The notes under the pieces are model-generated. The model was not told the origin of the DNA and ran no database searches. It saw only the letters and a list, made by a program, of their open reading frames with translations. Shown in pieces: positions 38,160-47,317 of a DNA stretch of 64,000 nt (within the stretch, counting starts at the first letter, position 1; every line of letters begins with the position of its first letter). Origin of the DNA: Bacteroidales bacterium. GTDB lineage: Bacteria; Bacteroidota; Bacteroidia; Bacteroidales; UBA10428. Location: positions 36,096 to 100,095 of the forward strand of contig JAFGVA010000068.1 in NCBI GenBank assembly GCA_016938235.1, in the 5' to 3' direction. Position numbers and translations under genes: made by a program.

Positions 38160-38730
38160 GGTTGTGTTTTGAGTATTAAAAAACAGCTTGTCTTTTTTGT
38201 AAGGGTTTGCGTGAAAAGGTAGTTTATGGATTAGGCATTTTATACTAAGATAAACATTGCCACTGGAAAATTACTTGAAAGCACGTAAAAGCTCTTAGAC
38301 TGTTGCAAAAACTCAGACTTTGTTTTCAGCAATGGGTATTGAAAGATAATTTATTCAAGTGCTTCTGCCATTGTCTCCCATAAATAGGTGTTTCTAAATA
38401 ATTCTCAATTATTTCATTAAAAGGGGTTTCGGGTATTTCTTCAGTTTGTTATAATGTCTTGCCCTGAAATTGTTTTCCCAATTCAATTGTTACGGGTTTT
38501 ATTGTAATCATTTTGGTTAGTTAGTACTGCAACAATAACCAAGAACAAAAACTACCGGTTAGCATTTTCTTTGTCTCAAATAGCACGAATTTCCTGGTCG
38601 TAAAAGAAAGGTATAGATATTTTTGTAATACTCATGATTTAAGCATGTCGGTTCTATTACGCTGTATTTTTCAATCCAAAAATACCAGGTTATCTATCGT
38701 GCAGTTACTATCAGTTTTTGTGGGAAGCAG

Positions 38731-39354
38731 TTATTTTTTATTTCCTTTAATCACTACGAAACTTCCTTTTCCAAATCCTTTCAATGGTTGTTCAATTTCA
38801 GTCTTTTTCAAGTCAGTAAGAGTCTGAAAAATCTCACTGACTGCAAAATTACAAGATTCAATAAATGATATAATTTCTTTAACTGAGTAGAAATTTGCAG
38901 TACTGTAAAATTTGCTGTCTTTTTTCTCTGCTGTCAGTATTTGTCCAAGAGAACTCTCCTTGTCAATGAATGCAATAATCAATTCACCGTTTTGCTTAAT
39001 CACACGATGTGCTTCTTGCAATGCCTTCGATGGATTGCTTATAAAACAAATAGAAGTTATAAAAACTGAAAAATCAAAACTATTGTCAGGATATGGCAAA
39101 TTCTCTGCAAATCCATAGTCAACGGTTAAATTTCTTTGTCGTGCCAGTTTCAACATATTTTCGGAAGGGTCGATGCCAAATTTTATGTTCAATTTCTCAG
39201 CAAAAATTCCGCTTCCTATCCCTATTTCAATTCCTTTTTTCTCAGTCGGAACCACTTGCTTGAGAGCAAGCAATTCCGATTGAAAAAAGTTATTATTCTC
39301 TTTAAACCAGCTCTCATATTCGGCTGTAAATATCTCAAATGGATTATTTTCCAT
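38731..39354 (-). CDS. Class I SAM-dependent methyltransferase
   Basis: Motif I GIEIGIGSGIFA, then post-I and motif II/III spacing (FDFSVFITSICF, LQEAHRVIKQNGELII). Confidence 0.8.
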   Translation of the reverse strand: MENNPFEIFTAEYESWFKENNNFFQSELLALKQVVPTEKKGIEIGIGSGIFAEKLNIKFGIDPSENMLKLARQRNLTVDYGFAENLPYPDNSFDFSVFITSICFISNPSKALQEAHRVIKQNGELIIAFIDKESSLGQILTAEKKDSKFYSTANFYSVKEIISFIESCNFAVSEIFQTLTDLKKTEIEQPLKGFGKGSFVVIKGNKK

Positions 39355-39355
39355 T

Positions 39356-39712
39356 TTAGAATGTCAAAACTTTATCACTATCGATTACCCATTCTGCTAA
39401 TTCACCCATTGTAGATTTATTTGCTCCTTCAAAATAGGGGTGGTTTTTATAAATTCCGCAACGAGCCATACAAGTTCCACAAACTTTTACTGGAACTTCA
39501 TTAGCAATTAAGTCTTTGAGCATTTGTGATAAATCCTGGTCGTAACCTTCCGGGGCTTTACAAACGTCTCTGGCCATATCTACAGAATCATTCATTAGAA
39601 AAATCCTTACTTCCTGACCGTTTTTTCTTAGTGTGTCTGCGAGTCTTAAACCGTTCCAAGTTACATCCGTGTTGTCATACGGCTCACGATTAAAAATAAT
39701 GAGAATCTTCAT
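39356..39712 (-). CDS. DsrE/DsrF-like family protein
   Basis: 118 aa. MKILIIFNREPYDN...VRIFLMNDSV...VKVCGTCMARCG pattern of DsrE-fold proteins. The start overlaps the upstream ArsR stop by 4 nt. Confidence 0.7.
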   Translation of the reverse strand: MKILIIFNREPYDNTDVTWNGLRLADTLRKNGQEVRIFLMNDSVDMARDVCKAPEGYDQDLSQMLKDLIANEVPVKVCGTCMARCGIYKNHPYFEGANKSTMGELAEWVIDSDKVLTF

Positions 39713-40014
39713 TTTACGTTGTTGTATTTATTAATTAATATTGACAATATTTGAATTACATCCTGATTATCTACGATATAGCAAGTTTTGTTTCCATATT
39801 TCTTTGGATAAACGATACCAACACTTTTAAGTATTTTCAAATGTTGTGATGATGTTGATTGAGAAATTCCAAGTGTATGAGTAATGTCTGTCACACAACA
39901 TTCATCATTCATTAATAAGCCAACCATTTGTAACCGTATTGGATTAGCAAGTGCTTTCAAAATCTCGCTTTCTGTCTCAAAATCAATTTTATTTATTTTA
40001 TCTATTGTCAACAT
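39709..40014 (-). CDS. ArsR/SmtB-family transcriptional regulator
   Basis: ILKALANPIRLQMVGLL...ECCVTDITHTLGISQSTSSQHLKILK winged HTH. The ATG at 40014 is preferred because a TAnnTTTG box sits inside the longer TTG-started ORF. Confidence 0.85.
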   Translation of the reverse strand: MLTIDKINKIDFETESEILKALANPIRLQMVGLLMNDECCVTDITHTLGISQSTSSQHLKILKSVGIVYPKKYGNKTCYIVDNQDVIQILSILINKYNNVK

Positions 40015-40030
40015 AGATTTAAATTTCCAA

Positions 40031-40038
40031 CAAATATA
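40031..40038 (-). promoter_or_regulatory. Candidate -7 promoter box (TAnnTTTG) for the ArsR-DsrE-methyltransferase operon
   Basis: The minus strand reads TATATTTG, 17 nt upstream of the ATG at 40014. Confidence 0.4.
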
Positions 40039-40379
40039 CATCAATATATTAGAATATTATAATACTATAATTAATGACTATGATAATTTTTAATGTTGCA
40101 GGGTCTTTTTGTAATTCCGACTAACGGTAAAAATAGCCATGAGATTATCAGTCCTTTAAGTTATTTTATCTGATCACTTAAATATCAGCTAAGCCATTTT
40201 GCCGTTTGCTTAAAAACTCATCTGTTTTACGTGAAGGTACGAGGATTGGCGTCAACTGCTTTATAACCAATTTTTTAATCAGGTAAAATACTTCCGTTGC
40301 CAATCAACCCGGAGTGATTAACAAAGTTTTGTTTTATAAATCTTTTACTGAAAAATGGATTGTATTTAGGAATGTTAAT

Positions 40380-42668
40380 TCATTCATCTTCTGAACTGTC
40401 AAAAATTCTATCCTTATAACGGTTATACAGGTAAGAAATCCCTAATAAAAGTAAACCTATCGATACAAAAAGGATAGCTCTGCGAATGGTGTTCATTTTA
40501 TCCAGATCGTAAAAAAACACTTTTACAAGGGTAATACCAACCAAAATAAATGCTGAAATTCTGAGGTGTTTCCCTGACTTTTTAATACCCCAAACAATGA
40601 GTAAAAGGGCATATAAGACCCACAAAATACTAATTCCCAGTTTGTAGTTGTTTTGTGCATCGCTGAAATCAAGCCATTGAAGTAATTCGCTGCTCAGAAT
40701 CCATAAAACAGCACCGGTAAATATTATTTCATACAAGGCTTTAAAATCAGAGAAAGTATTCATGAAAACTTTTTTGCACGATACAAGCAAAGTAAAAAAG
40801 AAGAGTAAAGAAATATACCGCAAATAAATATTGTAATAGTTTGCCGACAAGGAATCAAAACGCGATGAAATGAAAGTTTCCCTGAGTTCGCTCAGGTAAT
40901 ACAGGCCTCCAAACAGGAATACAAAAATACTTATAAAATTAAGGAGCAGAAAAAGCTTATGTTTAATGGCCTTGCTAAAACTTTGACTGAAGTTTAAAAC
41001 CGATAAATACAGGAGAGTAAAATTTAAAATCCAGATAAACCTATAAGAATTATAATCGGAGCGTGGTATTATGTTGGGAAAGCTTTCTGCAGCCAATAAT
41101 TTTTGTTGTTGCCAATAGAGCGAAATTTCAAATGTTATAGAGAAATATATGCTGATTATGGCAGCTACAGGTATTATAATACTAAATATTCTGTAAAATC
41201 GGTTTTTTAAAATAGCATTGTACCGGAAGTGCTCAATGTTATCGATTAAATAAATTCCAACAAATAGTAATGACATGAAAAGTGAAGCCAGAAAATTGAA
41301 ATGCAGAAACGGCTTTATGGCAAGAACTTCGCTGGAATTAAGTGAATTCTGAACAATCCAGTCGTGAACAAGACTGCCAAATGCCAGAATAAAAACCGCG
41401 TATGACAGTAATTCATATATTTTACGTTGATTATACCTTCCGACAAGAAGCAAGATTAATGTTTCGCTGCCCCACAAAATAGTTACCCAGTTCCCATCGA
41501 ACTGAATCGGGAAAATGATGGTAAGAAACACTACCACAAGTCCGCTTAGAAGGTGAAACATACTCCTATCCTTAATTTTTAATGCGAAAACAGCTCCAGC
41601 CAGCGCAGCATGCACAACTGCAATTGAAAGCGTATATAATCCAAGATAGTCTTCCCCATGTTTCAGGTTCGAAACCAATACATAACCAACAAGATAATAT
41701 GCCAGAGAATTTAAAAGAATAAGTGAGATATCGAGTGATGAAAATTCCGATTTAAACCTGATTTTGTAAATGACAAATGAGCTGAGAAACAGACAAAAGA
41801 AGAACACCACAAACGACATGGCAAGAACGAATTCATCTTTACGTTCATAATCCATTATCAGCCAGGCTATAAAAATTATAAGTGTCACAAAAAATGCTGA
41901 AATATAAATAGCCTTCCAGTTACGATAGAGTGAGACTGCCAGAACGCCAATGTTTACCATGGCAGTATAGGTAAGCAGGAAGAAATAATTCTCCGAGTCG
42001 CCACCCACAATAAAAGGTATTAAATAAGCGCCTACCATACCAAAATGGGCAATTACCTGCTGGTCGTATTTCAGGGCAGCAAATACGGTGAGAATGGTAA
42101 TCAGGAATAAAAGTATAAAGCTCAGGTATTGTGGAAAGATGTTGTACATGCTATAAGCAGCAAAACTTATAAAATAGAGTACTGCAACAGAACCACTGAA
42201 CAAAACTGCACTGTAGTTTAGGTAGTTCTTTTTTAGTCTGAGGGCAAGAGCCATAATGGCTAATCCCAGCAGATAACCTCCGGCAATTCTCATTCCCGGG
42301 CCAAAGTGGCTGTTTTCAATGGCGTATTTCGAACCTATGCCAACCCCTATAACAAGTATAGCAATGCCTATTTTGCTGATCAGGTTTTCACCGATAAAGC
42401 GTTCTATATTCGATTTGGATTTTTTGTATTGATCAGCGGGTTCAATAATCCTTTCCTGCTGGGGAAGAGGTTCTTCTTTTATGACAGGTTGAAATGTTTG
42501 ATCTGTTTCTGGAAAACTTATGTTGGAATCAGTCGAATCTACTGCTTCTTGGTTTTTCAATTTATAGATTTCAGACTTTAGTTCCATAATTTCTTTATGA
42601 AACTCAGACTGCTGGTCTATTAGTTTTTCCAACCTTTCATGCAGTTGGTTCAGGGTGTCGGACTTCAT
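40380..42668 (-). CDS. DUF2339-like polytopic membrane protein
   Basis: N-terminal coiled coil (LHERLEKLIDQQSEFHKEIMELKSEIYKLK), then a very long run of hydrophobic helices. The ATG at 42668 is preferred over the TTG at 42737. Confidence 0.75.
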   Translation of the reverse strand: MKSDTLNQLHERLEKLIDQQSEFHKEIMELKSEIYKLKNQEAVDSTDSNISFPETDQTFQPVIKEEPLPQQERIIEPADQYKKSKSNIERFIGENLISKIGIAILVIGVGIGSKYAIENSHFGPGMRIAGGYLLGLAIMALALRLKKNYLNYSAVLFSGSVAVLYFISFAAYSMYNIFPQYLSFILLFLITILTVFAALKYDQQVIAHFGMVGAYLIPFIVGGDSENYFFLLTYTAMVNIGVLAVSLYRNWKAIYISAFFVTLIIFIAWLIMDYERKDEFVLAMSFVVFFFCLFLSSFVIYKIRFKSEFSSLDISLILLNSLAYYLVGYVLVSNLKHGEDYLGLYTLSIAVVHAALAGAVFALKIKDRSMFHLLSGLVVVFLTIIFPIQFDGNWVTILWGSETLILLLVGRYNQRKIYELLSYAVFILAFGSLVHDWIVQNSLNSSEVLAIKPFLHFNFLASLFMSLLFVGIYLIDNIEHFRYNAILKNRFYRIFSIIIPVAAIISIYFSITFEISLYWQQQKLLAAESFPNIIPRSDYNSYRFIWILNFTLLYLSVLNFSQSFSKAIKHKLFLLLNFISIFVFLFGGLYYLSELRETFISSRFDSLSANYYNIYLRYISLLFFFTLLVSCKKVFMNTFSDFKALYEIIFTGAVLWILSSELLQWLDFSDAQNNYKLGISILWVLYALLLIVWGIKKSGKHLRISAFILVGITLVKVFFYDLDKMNTIRRAILFVSIGLLLLGISYLYNRYKDRIFDSSEDE

Positions 42669-42854
42669 TTCGTTTTCATTTAGGCATAAGCAAGTTAGTT
42701 TTTTTTGATGATTTATACCCAAATATGAAACAAGCAAACAAACTACCTAAAGTATTTGAAACACAAAACTAGGAACAGAATTATGATTTTTGTTGAATAT
42801 TGCCTGAAATCATTAATACAGAAAATGCATACAAAGAAAAGCTTGCACAAATAA

Positions 42855-43442
42855 TTAATTCATTTCCGGATCCTCAGGAAAATTAGCCCACATGCGATAC
42901 TTGTTTCCCATGCGGCCAAGCTTACGTTTCCAGTATTGCCTGTTCATCGGAGCCATAATTTCTTCGGTACTTAGCTCGGTAACAAGCCATGCACTTTCTT
43001 CCAGCTCATCTTCAAGTTGGTTGGGAGACCAGCCTGAATAACCCAGGAAAAATTTAATTTGTCCGGGTTGTAAATTTCCTGAGCTTATGAGCCTTTCAAT
43101 CACATCAAAATCACCTCCCCAATAAATGTTGCCAATAACTTTGTTGCTATGGGGAATTATATCTCCCAGAGTATGTATGTAGTGCAAGGTATTGGTATTA
43201 ACCGGACCGCCTAACGATATATCGGCATTGGTTGCCGGAAAATTATCAAGAATTTCAGTAGCCGGGATATCAATAGGCTTATTGAGAACAAATCCCACAG
43301 TTCCTTCATCGTTGTGCTCGGTGATTAGAACAATTGAGCGCTTAAAATAATTGTCAAGCAGGAATGGCTCCGAAATCAAAACCCTGCCTTTCTGGGGTTC
43401 GAGTATTTCGTCAGGTTCAAAGAAATTGTAATTAAGTATCAT
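42855..43442 (-). CDS. YqgE/AlgH-family protein (UPF0301)
   Basis: LISEPFLLDNYFKRSIVLITEHNDEGTVGFVLNKP, GGPV, and GYSGWSPNQLEDEL. Confidence 0.88.
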   Translation of the reverse strand: MILNYNFFEPDEILEPQKGRVLISEPFLLDNYFKRSIVLITEHNDEGTVGFVLNKPIDIPATEILDNFPATNADISLGGPVNTNTLHYIHTLGDIIPHSNKVIGNIYWGGDFDVIERLISSGNLQPGQIKFFLGYSGWSPNQLEDELEESAWLVTELSTEEIMAPMNRQYWKRKLGRMGNKYRMWANFPEDPEMN

Positions 43443-43604
43443 AGCCTGCTTTTGTTAGAATCAAATCAAGTTTAATGCCACAGAACACCAATTCGCGGTA
43501 AAAATAGACTAAAAAACCATATTTTTTATGTTTTCCCGACAGGTTTTTGCTTTATTTGCAGTTAATTCTTTAAGGTTAAAGCCGACTGAAAAAACACTTT
43601 CCCA

Positions 43605-45065
43605 ATGAGTTCTGAAAAAAAGAAGCTTTCACTATTTGTAGCATTAATTCCCATAATATTTCTTGTTTCATTTATTGCAGCAAACGTTCTAATTTTCGAT
43701 GACACATTAGCAGGTTCGAATCAGATAATACTCATTTTTGCTGCGGCCATTGCCTCTATAATCGCTAAATCGCATAAAATTCAGTGGGAAACGATTAAAG
43801 ATGCCATAGTCAGTAATATTAGCAAAGCAATGCCTGCCATGTTAATTTTATTGTTAATAGGTTCATTAGCAGGAACATGGCTTATCAGTGGAGTTGTGCC
43901 TGCAATGATATTTTATGGCTTAAAAATTATTAGTCCTAAAGTTTTCCTGCTTACAGCAGTTGTTACCTGTGCTTTGGTTTCACTGGCCACCGGCTCATCG
44001 TGGTCGACTATTGCAACAATTGGGGTTGCTTTGCTGGGTATTGGTAAAGCATTAGGTTTTCATGAAGGGCTGGTTGCCGGAGCAGTTATTTCAGGAGCTT
44101 ATTTTGGCGACAAAATGTCGCCTTTGTCCGACACAACAAACCTGGCACCGGCCGTTGCCGGCACCGACCTGTTTACACACATCAGGTATATGGTTATAAC
44201 AACAACGCCCTCAATAATTCTGACTTTAATTATTTTTACAGTAATAGGTTTTGTGTATAAATTCGACGGATTACAAACCAATATTGAAGACGTTCTGGCA
44301 TCCATCGAAGAGGGATTTTACATATCACCTTTGTTGCTGTTGGTACCTGTATTTTTGATCCTTATAATTATCAGAAAAGTACCCCCAATTCCGGCACTTT
44401 TGGCGGGAACCTTGCTCGGCGGAGTGTTTGCAATTATTTTTCAGCCAGCAATTATTGACAGGATTGCCGGATTAGAGCCGGAAAAATACAATTATGCGGT
44501 TGCTTCCTATAAATCACTGATGACTTCTATGTTTGGTGATATTGATATCAGCTCAAGAAATGAAATAGTCAACGAGTTGTTTTCCACTTCAGGTATGTCA
44601 GGCATGTTAAACACTGTTTGGCTTATATTATCTGCGATGGTGTTTGGTGGAGCAATGGATGCCGCCGGAATGCTGCGCCGAATTACAGAGGCTATTATTT
44701 CAGTAGCAAAATCAACAGGTTCTCTTATAGCATCTACTATTGGTACATCAGTCCTATTCAACCTAACTGCATCAGATCAGTATCTGGCAATTGTTATTCC
44801 CGGTAAAATGTTTGCCGAAAGTTATAAAGAACGCGGACTAAAACCCGAAGTTCTAAGTCGTACCCTTGAAGACGGAGGAACAATAACTTCGGTTTTAATA
44901 CCATGGAATACTTGTGGTGCAACACAATCAAAAGTGCTTGGTGTTTCAACCTGGGCTTATCTTCCGTATTGTTTTTTCAACATTATAAACCCATTTGTTG
45001 CTATTACTATTGGGTATTTAGGGTATAAAATAAGAAAGACAGATAAAAAACAGGCTGAACTTTAA
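43605..45065 (+). CDS. nhaC: Na+/H+ antiporter NhaC family
   Basis: 486 aa and polytopic. GSLAGTWLISGVVPAM, GSSWSTIATIGVAL, YFGDKMSPLSDTTNLA, DGGTITSVLIPWNTCG. Confidence 0.88.
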   Translation: MSSEKKKLSLFVALIPIIFLVSFIAANVLIFDDTLAGSNQIILIFAAAIASIIAKSHKIQWETIKDAIVSNISKAMPAMLILLLIGSLAGTWLISGVVPAMIFYGLKIISPKVFLLTAVVTCALVSLATGSSWSTIATIGVALLGIGKALGFHEGLVAGAVISGAYFGDKMSPLSDTTNLAPAVAGTDLFTHIRYMVITTTPSIILTLIIFTVIGFVYKFDGLQTNIEDVLASIEEGFYISPLLLLVPVFLILIIIRKVPPIPALLAGTLLGGVFAIIFQPAIIDRIAGLEPEKYNYAVASYKSLMTSMFGDIDISSRNEIVNELFSTSGMSGMLNTVWLILSAMVFGGAMDAAGMLRRITEAIISVAKSTGSLIASTIGTSVLFNLTASDQYLAIVIPGKMFAESYKERGLKPEVLSRTLEDGGTITSVLIPWNTCGATQSKVLGVSTWAYLPYCFFNIINPFVAITIGYLGYKIRKTDKKQAEL

Positions 45066-46189
45066 TTTGTGATTTTTGAAATAGAAGGGATCGGTTGTGT
45101 ATTTCTCCAGATATGCTTATAGTTTGAGTTACTATAAAATTCTTTGTCTTCTTTTATTTGAAGCTGGTATTCATTTCCCCAGAAATTTGATTTTATGAGT
45201 TCTTGTATATGAGATTCAAAAATATAGGAAATCATTTTTGAAGTATTATCCGGATATTCAATATTAAAGGAGTAATTGCTTTCAATCCAATTCAGTATTT
45301 TCTCCAAGTTCTTTTCTTTAAATTTATTTAGAACGGTTACCCCCATCTGTTTTAATGCAGCTGCATTGCACTGTTGCTCATATTGATTTTTTAAAGGAGC
45401 TACCATCAGCTTCTTTCCCAGGTGCAATGCTTCCGCAGGTGTTTCAAATCCGGCACCACATAAAACACCCGTCGATGAGACAAGGCTTTCAACAAAGCTT
45501 TCATTATGTACTGGGTAGATTTCTATATTTCCTTCGATTTGAACAACGGATGTATTTTTCGAAAATAACTGCCATTTTATTGCGGGAATCTGACGTAGTA
45601 TTCCAATTATTTTTTTATCGTTATATGATGGTAGATAAACAGTATAATGACCTTTATTTGTAGGTTTTGCAGCCCGAATAGATTGTTGAATTACAGGAGT
45701 GAATATATTTGGGGCATATTTCCCAAAATGCAGTCCAAATTGCAGGTTTGAGGGAGCAAAATTTTTTAAAATAAGATTACCTAAGAAATCATTCTTTTTT
45801 GGTTTCGGTGAATTTGAATGTATAATAGCTGACTGGTGACTAAGCGCCATGCATGGAATTTTTCGGTTATAACAGGCCCATGCCGAAACCGGCTCAAAAT
45901 CGTTTAAAACAAAATCGTAATCTTCGACAGGCACAGAGCTTATTTCTTTCCAGAAGTTTTTTGTGCTGGTATCAACATATGTATTCCACGATTCCACACT
46001 ACCTTCTTTGCCGAAAACAAAACTCAGTCCCCGGCATCTGTATTTAACTTTAAATGGCAAACGTATCTCATTCTGATTACCTGAAATTAAGATGTCAGTT
46101 TCGCAGTATTTTTGTAACTCGGGTATGATTTCTGCCGCCCGGCTTATATGCCCGATTCCTTTCCCTTGTATAGCATAAAGAACTTTCAT
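45062..46189 (-). CDS. GT-B-fold glycosyltransferase family protein (MJ1255/UDP-glycosyltransferase-like)
   Basis: MKVLYAIQGKGIGHISRA N-terminus and C-terminal GVLCGAGFETPAEALHLGKKLMVAPL..EQ.CNA. Confidence 0.75.
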   Translation of the reverse strand: MKVLYAIQGKGIGHISRAAEIIPELQKYCETDILISGNQNEIRLPFKVKYRCRGLSFVFGKEGSVESWNTYVDTSTKNFWKEISSVPVEDYDFVLNDFEPVSAWACYNRKIPCMALSHQSAIIHSNSPKPKKNDFLGNLILKNFAPSNLQFGLHFGKYAPNIFTPVIQQSIRAAKPTNKGHYTVYLPSYNDKKIIGILRQIPAIKWQLFSKNTSVVQIEGNIEIYPVHNESFVESLVSSTGVLCGAGFETPAEALHLGKKLMVAPLKNQYEQQCNAAALKQMGVTVLNKFKEKNLEKILNWIESNYSFNIEYPDNTSKMISYIFESHIQELIKSNFWGNEYQLQIKEDKEFYSNSNYKHIWRNTQPIPSISKITN

Positions 46190-46546
46190 AATTCTTCGTC
46201 CTTAGTTAATCAATCACTTTATTCTTCTTGCTTGTGGGATTATCTGGTTCCTTAAAATTCAAATCTATTGTTATAGAATTATTTTAAAAGTAGATTATGT
46301 CGCCAAATAACCTTTTACAAGATTAGTGTATATACTTTTCATTTAGCTTAATACAAGATTAACTGTTTGTTATTTCTGTATTAACAGAACATAAACAGCA
46401 TAAAGTCTGGCGGTATTCATTTTTTTTTTGAGATTGCAGGCTATTATCACTTTAATTTATAGCGAACTTGAAACAAGACGAAATGATTCAATAAGGCCTA
46501 AGACTTCGTTTTAATGGGCGACCTATTCATGGCGGTGATTTAATAT

Positions 46547-47215
46547 TTATCCAATATTTACTGAAATTATCGAATTTTGAATTTTAGTTTGTTCATCTTT
46601 CATTGCATCATTTAAATTTTCATATTTTATTCCAAGTTCTGAATCAATAAGTCTATTTGCCTGTGTAATAAATTCTGAATACAATTTTGGAGTCAATCTG
46701 TTTAAGTATAGAATTAATAAACCTATAACAGAATATCTCAATTGTGTCTTTAGCAATTCAATATCTGTCTCAAGAATTATCTTATGCTTTAAACAATATT
46801 CCCAATCAATATTACATACTCTGTCCAGCGAATTGCTAATTACATCTATTATTTGTTGTTTGTTCCCAAAATCGCCTCCCTTGGTTATAAAAAATAAATC
46901 AAAAATTCCGGGATATTCTATAAAGTATTTGATATATGCAAGAATCGAAGCTTTCAGTTTCTTAATACCTTTAGGCTCTTTTTTTGTTTGTTCTGAAACA
47001 AAACTTTCACATTCAGCTTGAAAATCACTTACACATAAAAACACCAAATCATTTATATCCTTAAAATAATTGTAGAGTGTTGCATATGAATACCCTGCTT
47101 TGTCTGCAATATTTCGTACACTAATTGCTTTTATGCCTTCGCTCTTTAAAATCTCTTTGGTAGCCTGAATGAAATATCCTTTCATTCTTTTTTCCTGTAA
47201 CTCTTTATTTTTCAT
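46547..47215 (-). CDS. TetR/AcrR-family transcriptional regulator
   Basis: N-terminal HTH ILKSEGIKAISVRNIADKAGYSYATLYNYFKDINDL. Confidence 0.88.
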   Translation of the reverse strand: MKNKELQEKRMKGYFIQATKEILKSEGIKAISVRNIADKAGYSYATLYNYFKDINDLVFLCVSDFQAECESFVSEQTKKEPKGIKKLKASILAYIKYFIEYPGIFDLFFITKGGDFGNKQQIIDVISNSLDRVCNIDWEYCLKHKIILETDIELLKTQLRYSVIGLLILYLNRLTPKLYSEFITQANRLIDSELGIKYENLNDAMKDEQTKIQNSIISVNIG

Positions 47216-47227
47216 AATCTAAACATA

Positions 47228-47278
47228 TTAACGCTGTAAATATAATTAACGATGTTAATATTTCCAAACGATGTTAAT
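47228..47278. promoter_or_regulatory. Three spaced TTAACGnTGTTAA-like repeats (candidate TetR operators)
   Basis: TTAACGCTGTAAA (47228-47240), perfect palindrome TTAACGATGTTAA (47246-47258) and CAAACGATGTTAA (47265-47277). Starts are 18-19 bp apart, 13-63 bp upstream of the tetR ATG. Confidence 0.45.
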
Positions 47279-47317
47279 GTATTTTACTTACCGCTAACTC
47301 GTAAAAAATATCACCAA

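Noticed and set aside
38326-38511. Calling the stop-interrupted MITIKP... frame a toxin-antitoxin pseudogene
   Set aside because: I cannot recognise the family and there is no adjacent partner ORF. It is reported only as an observation, not as an annotated pseudogene.
40244-40305. GATTGGC ... GCCAATC inverted repeat in the 335-bp gap downstream of the DUF2339 gene
   Set aside because: The arms are only 7 bp with a spacer of about 48 nt. That is within chance expectation for a gap of this size, and it has no associated gene start.
42764-42771. TAGTTTTG (-7 box match, minus strand) upstream of the DUF2339 gene
   Set aside because: It lies about 96 nt from the preferred ATG (42668), much further than the other box-to-ATG distances here. 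A single 8-mer match in AT-rich DNA is too weak to list as a feature.
46420-46429. T10 homopolymer as a phase-variation (slipped-strand) switch
   Set aside because: It lies about 230 bp upstream of the nearest start (the GT-B gene at 46189) and about 120 bp downstream of the tetR stop. It is not between recognisable promoter elements, and runs of 8-10 A/T are frequent in this AT-rich sequence.
46190-47317. Very AT-rich tetR region plus 357-bp gap as a horizontally acquired islet
   Set aside because: It has no flanking direct repeats, tRNA, integrase or transposase. The composition impression is by eye only and was not quantified, so the evidence is insufficient.
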